Source: Patescibacteria group bacterium | GTDB lineage: Bacteria; Patescibacteriota; Minisyncoccia; UBA6257; GWB1-50-10 | Direction: 5' to 3' | NCBI GenBank assembly: GCA_024239035.1 | Contig: JANBVK010000001.1 | Location: 171,010-235,009, forward strand | DNA: 64,000 bases | Part shown: positions 1-9,152 of the stretch, one piece after another | How positions within the stretch are numbered: the first letter of the stretch is position 1 | Layout: each line of letters begins with the position of its first letter | Position numbers and translations under genes: made by a program | Notes under the pieces: model-generated | What the model was told of the DNA's origin: nothing | The model's database searches: none | The model's input: the letters and a program-made list of their open reading frames with translations, nothing else

Positions 1-326
1 CAATCTTCACAATAAATTGTGTAGGGAGATTTTGAATTGTACATTGAGAGCATAGATTTTTTACACAAATCACACTGACGTTTGTAAAGTGTCCGCTCAT
101 TCCGAAACACAAGTTTCCTTTTCATCCGGCAATCAGGGCACAAACCAGGGCTCAGCACTTTCATTTTTTCATAAAACGCGAAATCATCAGGTTCAATCAT
201 GAACTCCTGTTTACAATTCTGGCAGGTCGAAGACGCTGAGCCTTGTCGAAGTGTCGAAGACGCTGAGCCTTGTCGAAGTGTCGAAGACGCTGAGCCTTGT
301 CGAAGTGTTTTATCTTCTTGATTCAT
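1..326 (-). CDS. Cys-rich zinc-ribbon array paralog (5' part only; runs off the window edge)
   Basis: Not in the ORF track. Manual translation from ATG 326: MNQEDK(TLRQGSASS)x3TCQNCKQEFMIEPDDFAFYEKMKVLSPGLCPDCRMKRKLVFRNERTLYKRQCDLC..., matching the N-termini of the other paralogs. Confidence 0.9.
   Translation of the reverse strand, partial: MNQEDKTLRQGSASSTLRQGSASSTLRQGSASSTCQNCKQEFMIEPDDFAFYEKMKVLSPGLCPDCRMKRKLVFRNERTLYKRQCDLCKKSMLSMYNSKSPYTIYCED
226..306. repeat. 27-bp tandem repeat x3 (gtcgaagacgctgagccttgtcgaagt), in frame, built from the family-A hairpin element
   Basis: Three exact copies at 226-252, 253-279 and 280-306, with no spacers; encodes TLRQGSASS x3. Confidence 0.95.
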
Positions 327-362
327 AATTCTCTATTCTAATTACCGGTCACTAATTACTAG

Positions 363-2135
363 TTACACCACCTCCGTCTGATAGCACGGTTCACAATATA
401 TAATTTCCGGTCTTTCCGGAGTGTATGTAGTATGAAACTCGTTGGAACATCTGTTCTTTAAATGATGTCTGTGTTTGGTAATATTTTTATAAACTTTATA
501 ATCACACATACACCGACGAGAATACCACCTTAACGGATTACGCATTTTTATCCTCTCCTCGTAGCGACACGCGTAACATAAACGCGGTAACGGTAAACCA
601 ATACGCTTATAAAATTGCAGTTCAGGAAGAACGATCCTGTAAGCTTTCTTGCACGATAAACATTCTATAATTTCCTTACAAATACTTCCATTAACGTCCT
701 TGATATGATCTGGCAAGTTCTCAGCAGACACTGTTATTGCAAACTCCCGAACCTCCGGCTCCCGCCAGACAAAACCTTTTTCCACCACCCCTTCCTTATC
801 CAGAGGAAGATAACTCACGGCAACGCTCTCATTATATGCCAAAGGTGAAAACTCCGGTGGAAAAAACTCCCCGTACTTGTATATCCTGTCATGAGAATTT
901 TTATACGGCATCTGGTTCATATGTTCTACAATTTTCTCGCGTAAGGTGTAAAATTCGTTTTTGGTGTACTGTTTATTCAAAATAAAATAAGATTTTTTAT
1001 TTAATCCTATGCATCCGAAAAGATTCGTTGATGAATGGCAATTCACAGAATACTCCAAATCTTCGCAGCCCGGCCAGCAATTAATGCAAAACTTTAATCT
1101 CTTACAGTCGGATCCACATACAACTGCCTCATATATCAACTCAGATTTATCACCCCAGCTTGTGTAATCATACGAATCAAAAACACGGTTAACTATATTC
1201 TGACAGTACTTTACTCTTTCAACTTCAGCGCACTGATAACAAAAGTGGGAATCTTTTGAACGGTATGCGTACTCACCACCCACAACATTAATTGTGTTAA
1301 AGCTGTGTGCGTATTTAAACGGGAATTTAGACCAAAATTTATACACTTTCTTCTTCATTTCAATCAATGAACCGTATGAACCAAGGTTAAATCCATGTAC
1401 TTTCTTATAATACTCCTCCTTAGTATAAGGAGTGTTGAATATATGATATTTCTTATGCCATAAGTTAACGCAGCCAAAACAGTTGTTACAATCCACGCAA
1501 TCCCGCGAAAACCACACATCTCTACAATCAACGCTCTCGGTGGAAAAAAAGGTCTTGTGGCAGCGGGCGCAAGAGAAAACCTCATAACAAAGTTCCAGAT
1601 GGTCACCTTGCGTAAAATCAACCGAACTTTTCGCATTTCTAAATCCTACGCCATACAAACAATCCTCCGAAGCATCACAATCAAAACAAAGATAACAATT
1701 TTTCAAAAAGCCTGCGTGATTGCAATAGTCACTATTTATAAGCTGTTTTATTTCTCGTGAAGGAAGAGGTACCTCATAGAGAAGTTCTCTGAATTGCTCA
1801 AAAAACGGGCGGGAGAAATCATAATCTCTGCCATACTCAAGCGGATCCCACTTGTCCGACCACCAGTAGTCGTGTTCGTAAATTTTAATCGGCGATGCCC
1901 TTGGATACGTAGAAAATATTTCCTTTTCCGTGCGAGCGTCTTTCTTACGAAATAGATTGTGCTCGTTCCAAAAAACAAACCGGCGAGTTGCCCGACATTC
2001 CGGACACCACGTCGGCGGCGGGACATTAATCCTTTTATAAAAACCTAAATCCCCCGGCTCAATTAAAAACTTAGCCCCGCAGTTTTGGCATGCCTGCGCT
2101 GAGCCTTGCCGAAGTGTTTTTGTTTCGTTGGGCAT
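363..2135 (-). CDS. Cys-rich zinc-ribbon array paralog (590 aa)
   Basis: CxxC modules at both ends; WWSDKWD..YGRDYDFSRPFFEQF, FGC(V/I)xL x2 and GEFFP motifs; I count 37 Cys. Confidence 0.9.
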   Translation of the reverse strand: MPNETKTLRQGSAQACQNCGAKFLIEPGDLGFYKRINVPPPTWCPECRATRRFVFWNEHNLFRKKDARTEKEIFSTYPRASPIKIYEHDYWWSDKWDPLEYGRDYDFSRPFFEQFRELLYEVPLPSREIKQLINSDYCNHAGFLKNCYLCFDCDASEDCLYGVGFRNAKSSVDFTQGDHLELCYEVFSCARCHKTFFSTESVDCRDVWFSRDCVDCNNCFGCVNLWHKKYHIFNTPYTKEEYYKKVHGFNLGSYGSLIEMKKKVYKFWSKFPFKYAHSFNTINVVGGEYAYRSKDSHFCYQCAEVERVKYCQNIVNRVFDSYDYTSWGDKSELIYEAVVCGSDCKRLKFCINCWPGCEDLEYSVNCHSSTNLFGCIGLNKKSYFILNKQYTKNEFYTLREKIVEHMNQMPYKNSHDRIYKYGEFFPPEFSPLAYNESVAVSYLPLDKEGVVEKGFVWREPEVREFAITVSAENLPDHIKDVNGSICKEIIECLSCKKAYRIVLPELQFYKRIGLPLPRLCYACRYEERIKMRNPLRWYSRRCMCDYKVYKNITKHRHHLKNRCSNEFHTTYTPERPEIIYCEPCYQTEVV

Positions 2136-2187
2136 AGGTCATTTAAAAATTAGAGGACCTTTCTTCCCTTATTATTCTACCTCAAAT

Positions 2188-3954
2188 CTATACTATCTCG
2201 CTCTGATAGCATTGCTCGCAATAAACGACCTCTTTCCTCTCTGGGGCGTAACTTGTTTCAAACTCATTGGGGCACCTCCCTTCCAGATGATGGATATGTT
2301 TCGCGGTATTTTCGCGCACTTTGTAATCACATACGCATTGTCTGTGCCAAAGTTTAAGAGGGTTTCGCATTGCAAATCGTTCCTTATAACGGCAGTTTTC
2401 GCATTTCCTAGGAAGCGCTATCTTTCTCATTCGCAGGAAATCAAGTTCTAGTTTCACTATTCGATACGCGCGTCCACAATCATTACAACCGATCACTTCT
2501 TTAATAATCGAGTCCTCTACGTCTTTTATATCCATAGGTAATTGCGATGACTGCATTGTAGGCGTATAAGGATACTTGTCTGGTTCTCGCCATGAATATC
2601 CCTTTCTTTCAGCCTGCTCTTTTGTAAGAGGCATATATTCCTGGGCAATTGTTTCGTTGTACGCATATAAGCTCAATCCAATTGGAAAAAATTCGCCGTA
2701 TTTATACACACATCCTGTTTTATCAGTATATGGCTTGTCATTCATATGCTCTTTAATTTTAGCTACGAGGGCACCATACTCTTCTTTAGAGTATTGCTTA
2801 TTAAAAATACAATATTCCTTTTTCCTCACACCCGAGCAGCCGAACATGTTGGTAGAATTAAGACACCAATACGCATAGTTACTATCCCTTGTTGCCTCAC
2901 CAAACATGGAAAAAAGAGTCTTATAGCATCCGAAGCCTCCAGCCATGAATTCGTACATTAATTCAGATGTCGCACAGCCAAACATGTCGTAAATCTCTTT
3001 AGCGCCAATTATCCTCGAACTATACTTAATGTTTTCCGATTCATACGCATCAAAAGTGAAATGGGCGTTTTTTGAATTTTCAATATTATCCCCTGTGCAA
3101 TTTATAGTTTTTGTGAAATTAGCGAACTTGTGAAGAGAAGATCTTATAAGCTTCTTGAATTCCTTTTTTAACTCTTGAAACTGGTTATGATTCCCCATGC
3201 TGATTTTATTTATCTCTTTTGAATATTCTTCTTTCGAGCACCGCCTATTTCTAAAAACATAACGTTGATTTCTCAAATTCGAGCTCATGAAACAATTTTG
3301 GCACCCCGAGCAGTCAAAAAGATATGCCGACTCGATGCATTCTCTTGAACGTAACGTAAAACTTGTCCTATTATTACGATCCCCGTCTATATTCTCGTAA
3401 ACCATTTCCGAACCTTCAATATTAAAACTATCAAAGCAGGTCTTGTCTTTGTCCATAAAGCGAGAGTAATATACGTCCTCACTTTCCAATACCGAGTACG
3501 AAAGGTATATGTTCTTGTTGTCAGCAATGAAATTTGCGTAATCTGAATTAATATTTGTATGATATTGTGCAATGGCAATTTGAGGAACTCTCACCAGCAG
3601 TTCTCTATATTGCTGAAAAAACGGCTTATCCCAATTGTATTCCACGCCATATTCAAGCGGATCCCACTTGTCGGAAAACCAACATTCACGGCAATAAACC
3701 TTATACGGTTTATCCGGCGAATACATTGAAATTATAGACTTACCACAAAGGTCACATGAGTCCTTATACAAAGTCCTCTCGTTTCTTACTGCCATACGTC
3801 TCTGTTGTCGGCAGTCCGGACAAAATGTCGGCGGTGGAACACTAATCTTCTCGTAAAACGAGAAGTCATCCGGTTCAATAGTGAACTGGTTTTTACAATT
3901 TTGACAGGTCGGAGATGCTGAGTCTTGTCGAAGTGTTTTGGTTTCGGTATTCAT
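2188..3954 (-). CDS. Cys-rich zinc-ribbon array paralog
   Basis: Same family motifs. Start moved from 3975 to ATG 3954 (MNTETK), which overlaps the upstream TGA as ATGA. Confidence 0.9.
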   Translation of the reverse strand: MNTETKTLRQDSASPTCQNCKNQFTIEPDDFSFYEKISVPPPTFCPDCRQQRRMAVRNERTLYKDSCDLCGKSIISMYSPDKPYKVYCRECWFSDKWDPLEYGVEYNWDKPFFQQYRELLVRVPQIAIAQYHTNINSDYANFIADNKNIYLSYSVLESEDVYYSRFMDKDKTCFDSFNIEGSEMVYENIDGDRNNRTSFTLRSRECIESAYLFDCSGCQNCFMSSNLRNQRYVFRNRRCSKEEYSKEINKISMGNHNQFQELKKEFKKLIRSSLHKFANFTKTINCTGDNIENSKNAHFTFDAYESENIKYSSRIIGAKEIYDMFGCATSELMYEFMAGGFGCYKTLFSMFGEATRDSNYAYWCLNSTNMFGCSGVRKKEYCIFNKQYSKEEYGALVAKIKEHMNDKPYTDKTGCVYKYGEFFPIGLSLYAYNETIAQEYMPLTKEQAERKGYSWREPDKYPYTPTMQSSQLPMDIKDVEDSIIKEVIGCNDCGRAYRIVKLELDFLRMRKIALPRKCENCRYKERFAMRNPLKLWHRQCVCDYKVRENTAKHIHHLEGRCPNEFETSYAPERKEVVYCEQCYQSEIV

Positions 3955-5651
3955 ATCACTTCCTTTTGATAACACTTCTCACAATAAACTATTTCCTTTT
4001 TCTCTGGAGCGTAACCCGTCTTAATTTCCTGACCGCATTTGGCGCATTTACGGTCCCACAGGCGCGGCGGATTGACACGACTCATCCGCTCCATGTGCCT
4101 GCAATCCGGACACTTCCTCGGTAAAGGGAATTCAAACCTGCGAAGCAGATCGAGTTCCGAACGCACTACGCGATATGCTTTTTTACAATCCATACATTCC
4201 AAAACTTCCTGAAGAATAGAATCCGTAACGTCATTGATGCTGTCGGGCATTTTTTCAGATAGTAATGTAATCTTATGCTCAGCCGGCGTTGGTTCGTGCC
4301 ACCGCCAGCCTTTCTCTAGTATCTGCTCCTTCGACAACGGGTAATACTGGTGCGCCGTGGTTTCATTATAATCGAATAAGCTTAGATCGTACGGAATAAA
4401 TTCTCCATATTTCCATACTCTGCCCTTGCTATCAACGTACGGACGCTCATTCATATCCTGAATGATTTTCCCTCTGAGCCTGCTAAAAGATTCTTTGTCG
4501 TACTGCTTGTTTAAAATACAATACCGTTTCTTCTTTACGCAGACACAGCCGAATACATTTGAAGAGGAAACCGCGAACATAGAATACTCATTCTCTAGAG
4601 CGGTATCCCACGTTCCAAAACAAAACCGTATGGTATCAGCCCCTTCTCCAACGGTGATAGAATCACACACACGCTGCACGCCATTCCCCCATTCACTGAG
4701 GTCATAAATATCCTTCGCCGGCTTCAAAGTCATAAACTGACAAAACTTCCCGTCTTCAACAAATCGAGTTTGGTACATATAGTGCGCATTCTTACACTCA
4801 TACACATAGTCTCCGGAAACGTTCACGTTATGAAACCCGTGTATAAATTTACGCGGAAATTTCTCCCAGAAAGTATGGGTTTTTTTCTTCTCTTCTATAA
4901 GAAAGGTATGTGAATCCAACTTTAATGCTTTTAATTTTTCCTCATACTCCTCTTTTGGGTACGGTTTATTGAATATATGATAGTTCTTGTTCCGCAGATT
5001 AACACAGCCAAAACAGTTGTTGCATCCAATGAGACTCTTCGAGAAATATACATCACTGCAACCACTGCAGTCTTCAGAAAAAAACGTCCGGTAACATTTC
5101 CGGCAGTTGATCACTTGATAACATAACTCTGACTCGTCAAGGATAAGCGCGTCCATGGAATCCTTGTCATAATTTACCGTCGTACCATAGAGAACGTTCT
5201 CGCAGTGGTCTGAGTTGAAAATAAGATAACAGTTTTTCGCATACCCTGCGTGGTTTACGTACTCACTATTTACGAGGGTGCTATATCCGGTGACCAAGCT
5301 CATATGCGGCACTTTTCTCTGAACTTCCTTAACCTGCTCAAAGAAATTCCGGCCGGAATCATACTCCATCGCATAATCATCAGAATCCCACTTATCAGAC
5401 CACCAGCACGGCTGGCAGTAAACCGTGTAGGGCTTATCCGGAGAAAAAATAGAAACCACGCTCTTACCGCATAAATCGCACTTACGTTTGTAAAAAACCC
5501 GTTCGTTGCGAAATATCAAACGCCGCTGAAACCTGCACTCCGGACAAAACGTCGGCGCTGGAACGTTCATTTTCTTATAAAAATCAAAATCTTCTGATTC
5601 AATCGTGAACTCCTTCTTACAATTTTGACATTTCTTAACTTCTTGATTCAT
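3951..5651 (-). CDS. Cys-rich zinc-ribbon array paralog (566 aa)
   Basis: CxxC-x24-CxxC-x18-CxxC-x17-CxxC at both termini; shared family motifs. Confidence 0.9.
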   Translation of the reverse strand: MNQEVKKCQNCKKEFTIESEDFDFYKKMNVPAPTFCPECRFQRRLIFRNERVFYKRKCDLCGKSVVSIFSPDKPYTVYCQPCWWSDKWDSDDYAMEYDSGRNFFEQVKEVQRKVPHMSLVTGYSTLVNSEYVNHAGYAKNCYLIFNSDHCENVLYGTTVNYDKDSMDALILDESELCYQVINCRKCYRTFFSEDCSGCSDVYFSKSLIGCNNCFGCVNLRNKNYHIFNKPYPKEEYEEKLKALKLDSHTFLIEEKKKTHTFWEKFPRKFIHGFHNVNVSGDYVYECKNAHYMYQTRFVEDGKFCQFMTLKPAKDIYDLSEWGNGVQRVCDSITVGEGADTIRFCFGTWDTALENEYSMFAVSSSNVFGCVCVKKKRYCILNKQYDKESFSRLRGKIIQDMNERPYVDSKGRVWKYGEFIPYDLSLFDYNETTAHQYYPLSKEQILEKGWRWHEPTPAEHKITLLSEKMPDSINDVTDSILQEVLECMDCKKAYRVVRSELDLLRRFEFPLPRKCPDCRHMERMSRVNPPRLWDRKCAKCGQEIKTGYAPEKKEIVYCEKCYQKEVI

Positions 5652-5659
5652 GGTTCATG

Positions 5660-7450
5660 CTATACCACCTCTGCGTTGTAACACTGTTCACAGTACACAA
5701 TCTCTTTCCTCTCCGGTGCATATGATGTCTCAAACTCATTGGGACACCTACTTTTACCATGGAAGTGTTCTGTGGTGTTTTCATATCTTGTAGCTTGCCC
5801 TGAGCCTGTCGAAGGGTCACACACGCACTGGCGATGCCAGAGTTTTCGCGGCGGACGCAGGGCAATTTTATTAAGGTAGCGACAGTGGGGACATAATCGG
5901 GGAATTGGTATTTTTTCCCTGCGATATAAATCAAATTCAGAACGTATAATGTTGTAATTTCTCTTGCACTTAACACACATAAGAACTTCATTCACAATAG
6001 AGTCCTCTACATCTTCTATTTTGTCAGGGATATCGTTCGGCTTCACTGTTTCCTTACCAAACGTGCCGGGAACCTGATCTTCCCATCTCCATCCCCTTTT
6101 CATTACTTCTTCTTTGCTAAGCGGCATGTAGATTTGCCCCTGTGTTTCGTTATAACCAAACGGAGAAATCTTTGCAGGGAAAAATTCCCCAAACTCTCCC
6201 GTCTCACTCATGTGCGCAATAATTTTACGTTTCAGCTCCTTATACTCCTCTTCGTTATAACGCTTGTTAAAAATTGAATATTTCCCTTGTTTCACCCCAA
6301 CACAACCGAATAAATTCTCGCTATTGTGGCAACTATCACAGTACATAATATGAGAATCATCATAACTCAGATTCGTGAACAATACGTTATAATCTCTAAT
6401 TAGTGCATGGCATTCATAAATTAATTCACAATTAAACCCAAAATGATACGAATCCATGCACTCCTTGGAATCAATGGCGACAATCAAATATTTTGCATCC
6501 TCTATTCCACTCGCATCAAAAGAATGATGAATATTCTTCGAATTGAATATCATGTTACCGGTGGCATTTGCTGACTGCAAAATTACCGCGGCACGATGTA
6601 ATACGTTATCACGAATTATCGCAAGCCACTTCTCATAAAGCTTTACCCTGCTCTCATACGAGCTCAAATTAAATTCTTCTATTTTCTTCTGGTATTCCTC
6701 TTTAGTATAGGGCTTGTTCAAAATATGATACTGCTTATTGCGGAGATTGTATGAAAGAAAACAATTTGAACAACCGCGACAATCGTAGCAATAATAACAA
6801 TTCGTGCAACCCTCCAACAAAAAACCGTACTGACTTTGATAACATTTATATGAATTAATACATTCGTAAAGAAGTTCATTGCTCTCTTTTTCAATACGAT
6901 AACAATCAATGCAATCTCGCGCAGGAAATATATTAGTGGAATACATCACGTTTTCCGACCAGCCACAACCAAAGCACAAGTAACAATTCTTGTTATCCCA
7001 CGCGTGGTTTGTATATTCTGAATTAACGCTGTTTTTTGTAAGGAGCGCGATGCGAGGCACCTGTAACTGTAGCTCCTGCCACTGCCCAAAAAATGGGCGC
7101 GAGAAATCAAAATCCCGCCCGTATTCCAGCGCATCCCATTTATCACTCCACCAACAAGGCGGGCAATACACCTTAAACGGTTTGTTTAGAGAATATATTG
7201 TTACCGTGCTTTTGCCGCATAAATCACATCTGCGGCGATAGAGCACCCGCTCATTCCGCCACGCATAACGCCTCTGCTGCCGGCAGTCAGGGCACAAAGT
7301 CGGCGGCGGGACACTTATCTTCTCATAAAACGCGAAGTCATCCGGCTTGATGGTAAATTTTTGCTCACAGCTCCGGCATACCTGCACTGAGTTTTGTTGA
7401 AGTGTCGAAGATGCTGAGTCTTCTCGAAGTATTTTAATTTGATTCTCCAT
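5660..7450 (-). CDS. Cys-rich zinc-ribbon array paralog
   Basis: Family motifs. Start moved to ATG 7450 (MENQIK), giving a TAATG overlap with the upstream stop. Carries repeat-derived peptides at both termini. Confidence 0.9.
   Translation of the reverse strand: MENQIKILREDSASSTLQQNSVQVCRSCEQKFTIKPDDFAFYEKISVPPPTLCPDCRQQRRYAWRNERVLYRRRCDLCGKSTVTIYSLNKPFKVYCPPCWWSDKWDALEYGRDFDFSRPFFGQWQELQLQVPRIALLTKNSVNSEYTNHAWDNKNCYLCFGCGWSENVMYSTNIFPARDCIDCYRIEKESNELLYECINSYKCYQSQYGFLLEGCTNCYYCYDCRGCSNCFLSYNLRNKQYHILNKPYTKEEYQKKIEEFNLSSYESRVKLYEKWLAIIRDNVLHRAAVILQSANATGNMIFNSKNIHHSFDASGIEDAKYLIVAIDSKECMDSYHFGFNCELIYECHALIRDYNVLFTNLSYDDSHIMYCDSCHNSENLFGCVGVKQGKYSIFNKRYNEEEYKELKRKIIAHMSETGEFGEFFPAKISPFGYNETQGQIYMPLSKEEVMKRGWRWEDQVPGTFGKETVKPNDIPDKIEDVEDSIVNEVLMCVKCKRNYNIIRSEFDLYRREKIPIPRLCPHCRYLNKIALRPPRKLWHRQCVCDPSTGSGQATRYENTTEHFHGKSRCPNEFETSYAPERKEIVYCEQCYNAEVV
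5783..5818. repeat. 36-bp segment containing a family-A hairpin (encodes DPSTGSGQATRY); identical copies at 12601-12636 and 16024-16059
   Basis: atatcttgtagcttgccctgagcctgtcgaagggtc occurs exactly three times, at the same protein position in three paralogs. Confidence 0.92.
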
Positions 7451-9135
7451 TATCCTACTTCTTGAAGATAACATTTATCACAGAAGATTTTATGTTCTTT
7501 CTGTTCTTCCTGCGAATAAGAGGTTTGAAAACCAGCCCCACAGTTAGCACACGTTCCCGGCCAGAGCTGCCGTACATTTCTTGAGCCCATTCTTCTTTGA
7601 TGACGGCAATTAAAACATTCTCGCGGGAGGGGAAGCCCCACTTGTTTATAGAAATTAATTTCCGGTTGAATAAAACGGTAATTTCTGCCGCAGGCATCAC
7701 ACCTCAGAACTTGTTTTATTAAATCTCCCGAATATCCTTTCGGATTCGTCGGAAGTTCATCATGCGAAATAGTTTCCTGTCCGCTAGTTATAGGAATGTC
7801 TTCTTCCCAGCGAAATCCCTGCGCGAGCGCTTCTTTTTTCGCAAGCGGCATATATTCATTAACAATTGATTCATTGTAGGCGAACGCTGAAAGTTCCGGG
7901 GGGTGATACTCCCCCCACTCCCCCGTTTTCTTCATATACTCTATAATTTTCGACTTCAAAGATTCATATTCATCTTTGGAATACTGCTTGTTTAAAATGC
8001 AGTACTCCGCGCTTTTTAAGCCTACACAGCCAAAAATATTATGAGAGTTAAAACAATCTTCCGAATAATAGGCATCTGTAGAATTCACGCAATTCCGGGT
8101 AAAAAACTGTCGCATGCCTTGACCCGCGAGAACTTCGTAACACAGCTCCAAGTCGGGCGAAAAAGAAACATCATAGTCATCAACAGCTTTTCTGAGTGTG
8201 AAAACATATTTAGAATTCTCCCCGCTTTTTACGTCAAATGAATAATGGACGTTTTTAGAATTGTAAATATGGTTGCCGGAAACATCATTATTATGAGATC
8301 CAAAAAAGTATCTCTGCGGAAGTTTTTTCCTAAGACCCTGTTGTTTATTCAAAATTAGAGATATCGTCCTTGGGTCATGTAAAGGGTGTTCGGTCAGAAA
8401 CTTTTCGTATCCCTCCTTCCCAACATTTTCATTAAAAATATGGTAGGACTTCTGCTTCAAACCAACACAGCCTATGCATTGCGTACATCCTCGGCAGTCA
8501 TACAAGCCCACACTATCAGCGCAGTCCTCACACTCTTGTGAATAAAGAAGTCGATATGAACCCAAACAATCCACGCATTCATAACAGAGTTCCCCTTTAA
8601 ACATATAAAGATTGTCAAAACAATCCTTGGAATTCCACACTATATGCCCGTATGCACAATCCTCATCATCAACACAACCAAATACCAGATAACAATTCTT
8701 ACTCTCAAATGTAAGATTCGAATAGACGCAGTTCTCACTCCTTGTGTTCATAACCGCATAATGCGGGACCACTTTTTGCAACTCGGCAAATTGCAGAGAG
8801 AAAGGACGACTAAAATTAAAATCCCGCCCGTACTCCTTCGCGTCCCAGTCATCAGCCCACCATTCCTCATGGCTCCACACCGGAAACGGAGCCTTTTCGG
8901 AATACATTGATATCACTGATTTCCCAGACTTGTCGGATTTTCGCTTGTAGAGCGTCTTAAAATTTCTAAATAATATTCTCCTTCGCTGCCGACATTGGGG
9001 ACAATTCTTCGGCGGCGGAACGCTTATCTTCTCATAAAACGCGAAGTCGTCCGGTTCAATCACGAAAGACGTCCTACAGCTCTGACAAGTCGAAGACACT
9101 GAGTCTTGCCGAAGTGCTTTAGTTTCCTTATTCAT
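7450..9135 (-). CDS. Cys-rich zinc-ribbon array paralog (561 aa)
   Basis: Family motifs; the second N-terminal CxxC pair is lost. Confidence 0.9.
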   Translation of the reverse strand: MNKETKALRQDSVSSTCQSCRTSFVIEPDDFAFYEKISVPPPKNCPQCRQRRRILFRNFKTLYKRKSDKSGKSVISMYSEKAPFPVWSHEEWWADDWDAKEYGRDFNFSRPFSLQFAELQKVVPHYAVMNTRSENCVYSNLTFESKNCYLVFGCVDDEDCAYGHIVWNSKDCFDNLYMFKGELCYECVDCLGSYRLLYSQECEDCADSVGLYDCRGCTQCIGCVGLKQKSYHIFNENVGKEGYEKFLTEHPLHDPRTISLILNKQQGLRKKLPQRYFFGSHNNDVSGNHIYNSKNVHYSFDVKSGENSKYVFTLRKAVDDYDVSFSPDLELCYEVLAGQGMRQFFTRNCVNSTDAYYSEDCFNSHNIFGCVGLKSAEYCILNKQYSKDEYESLKSKIIEYMKKTGEWGEYHPPELSAFAYNESIVNEYMPLAKKEALAQGFRWEEDIPITSGQETISHDELPTNPKGYSGDLIKQVLRCDACGRNYRFIQPEINFYKQVGLPLPRECFNCRHQRRMGSRNVRQLWPGTCANCGAGFQTSYSQEEQKEHKIFCDKCYLQEVG

Positions 9136-9152
9136 ATTCTTGGTCGCGGAGT

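Noticed and set aside
226-306. Possible CRISPR array
   Set aside because: The units are contiguous with no spacers, in frame inside a CDS, and no cas genes are present.
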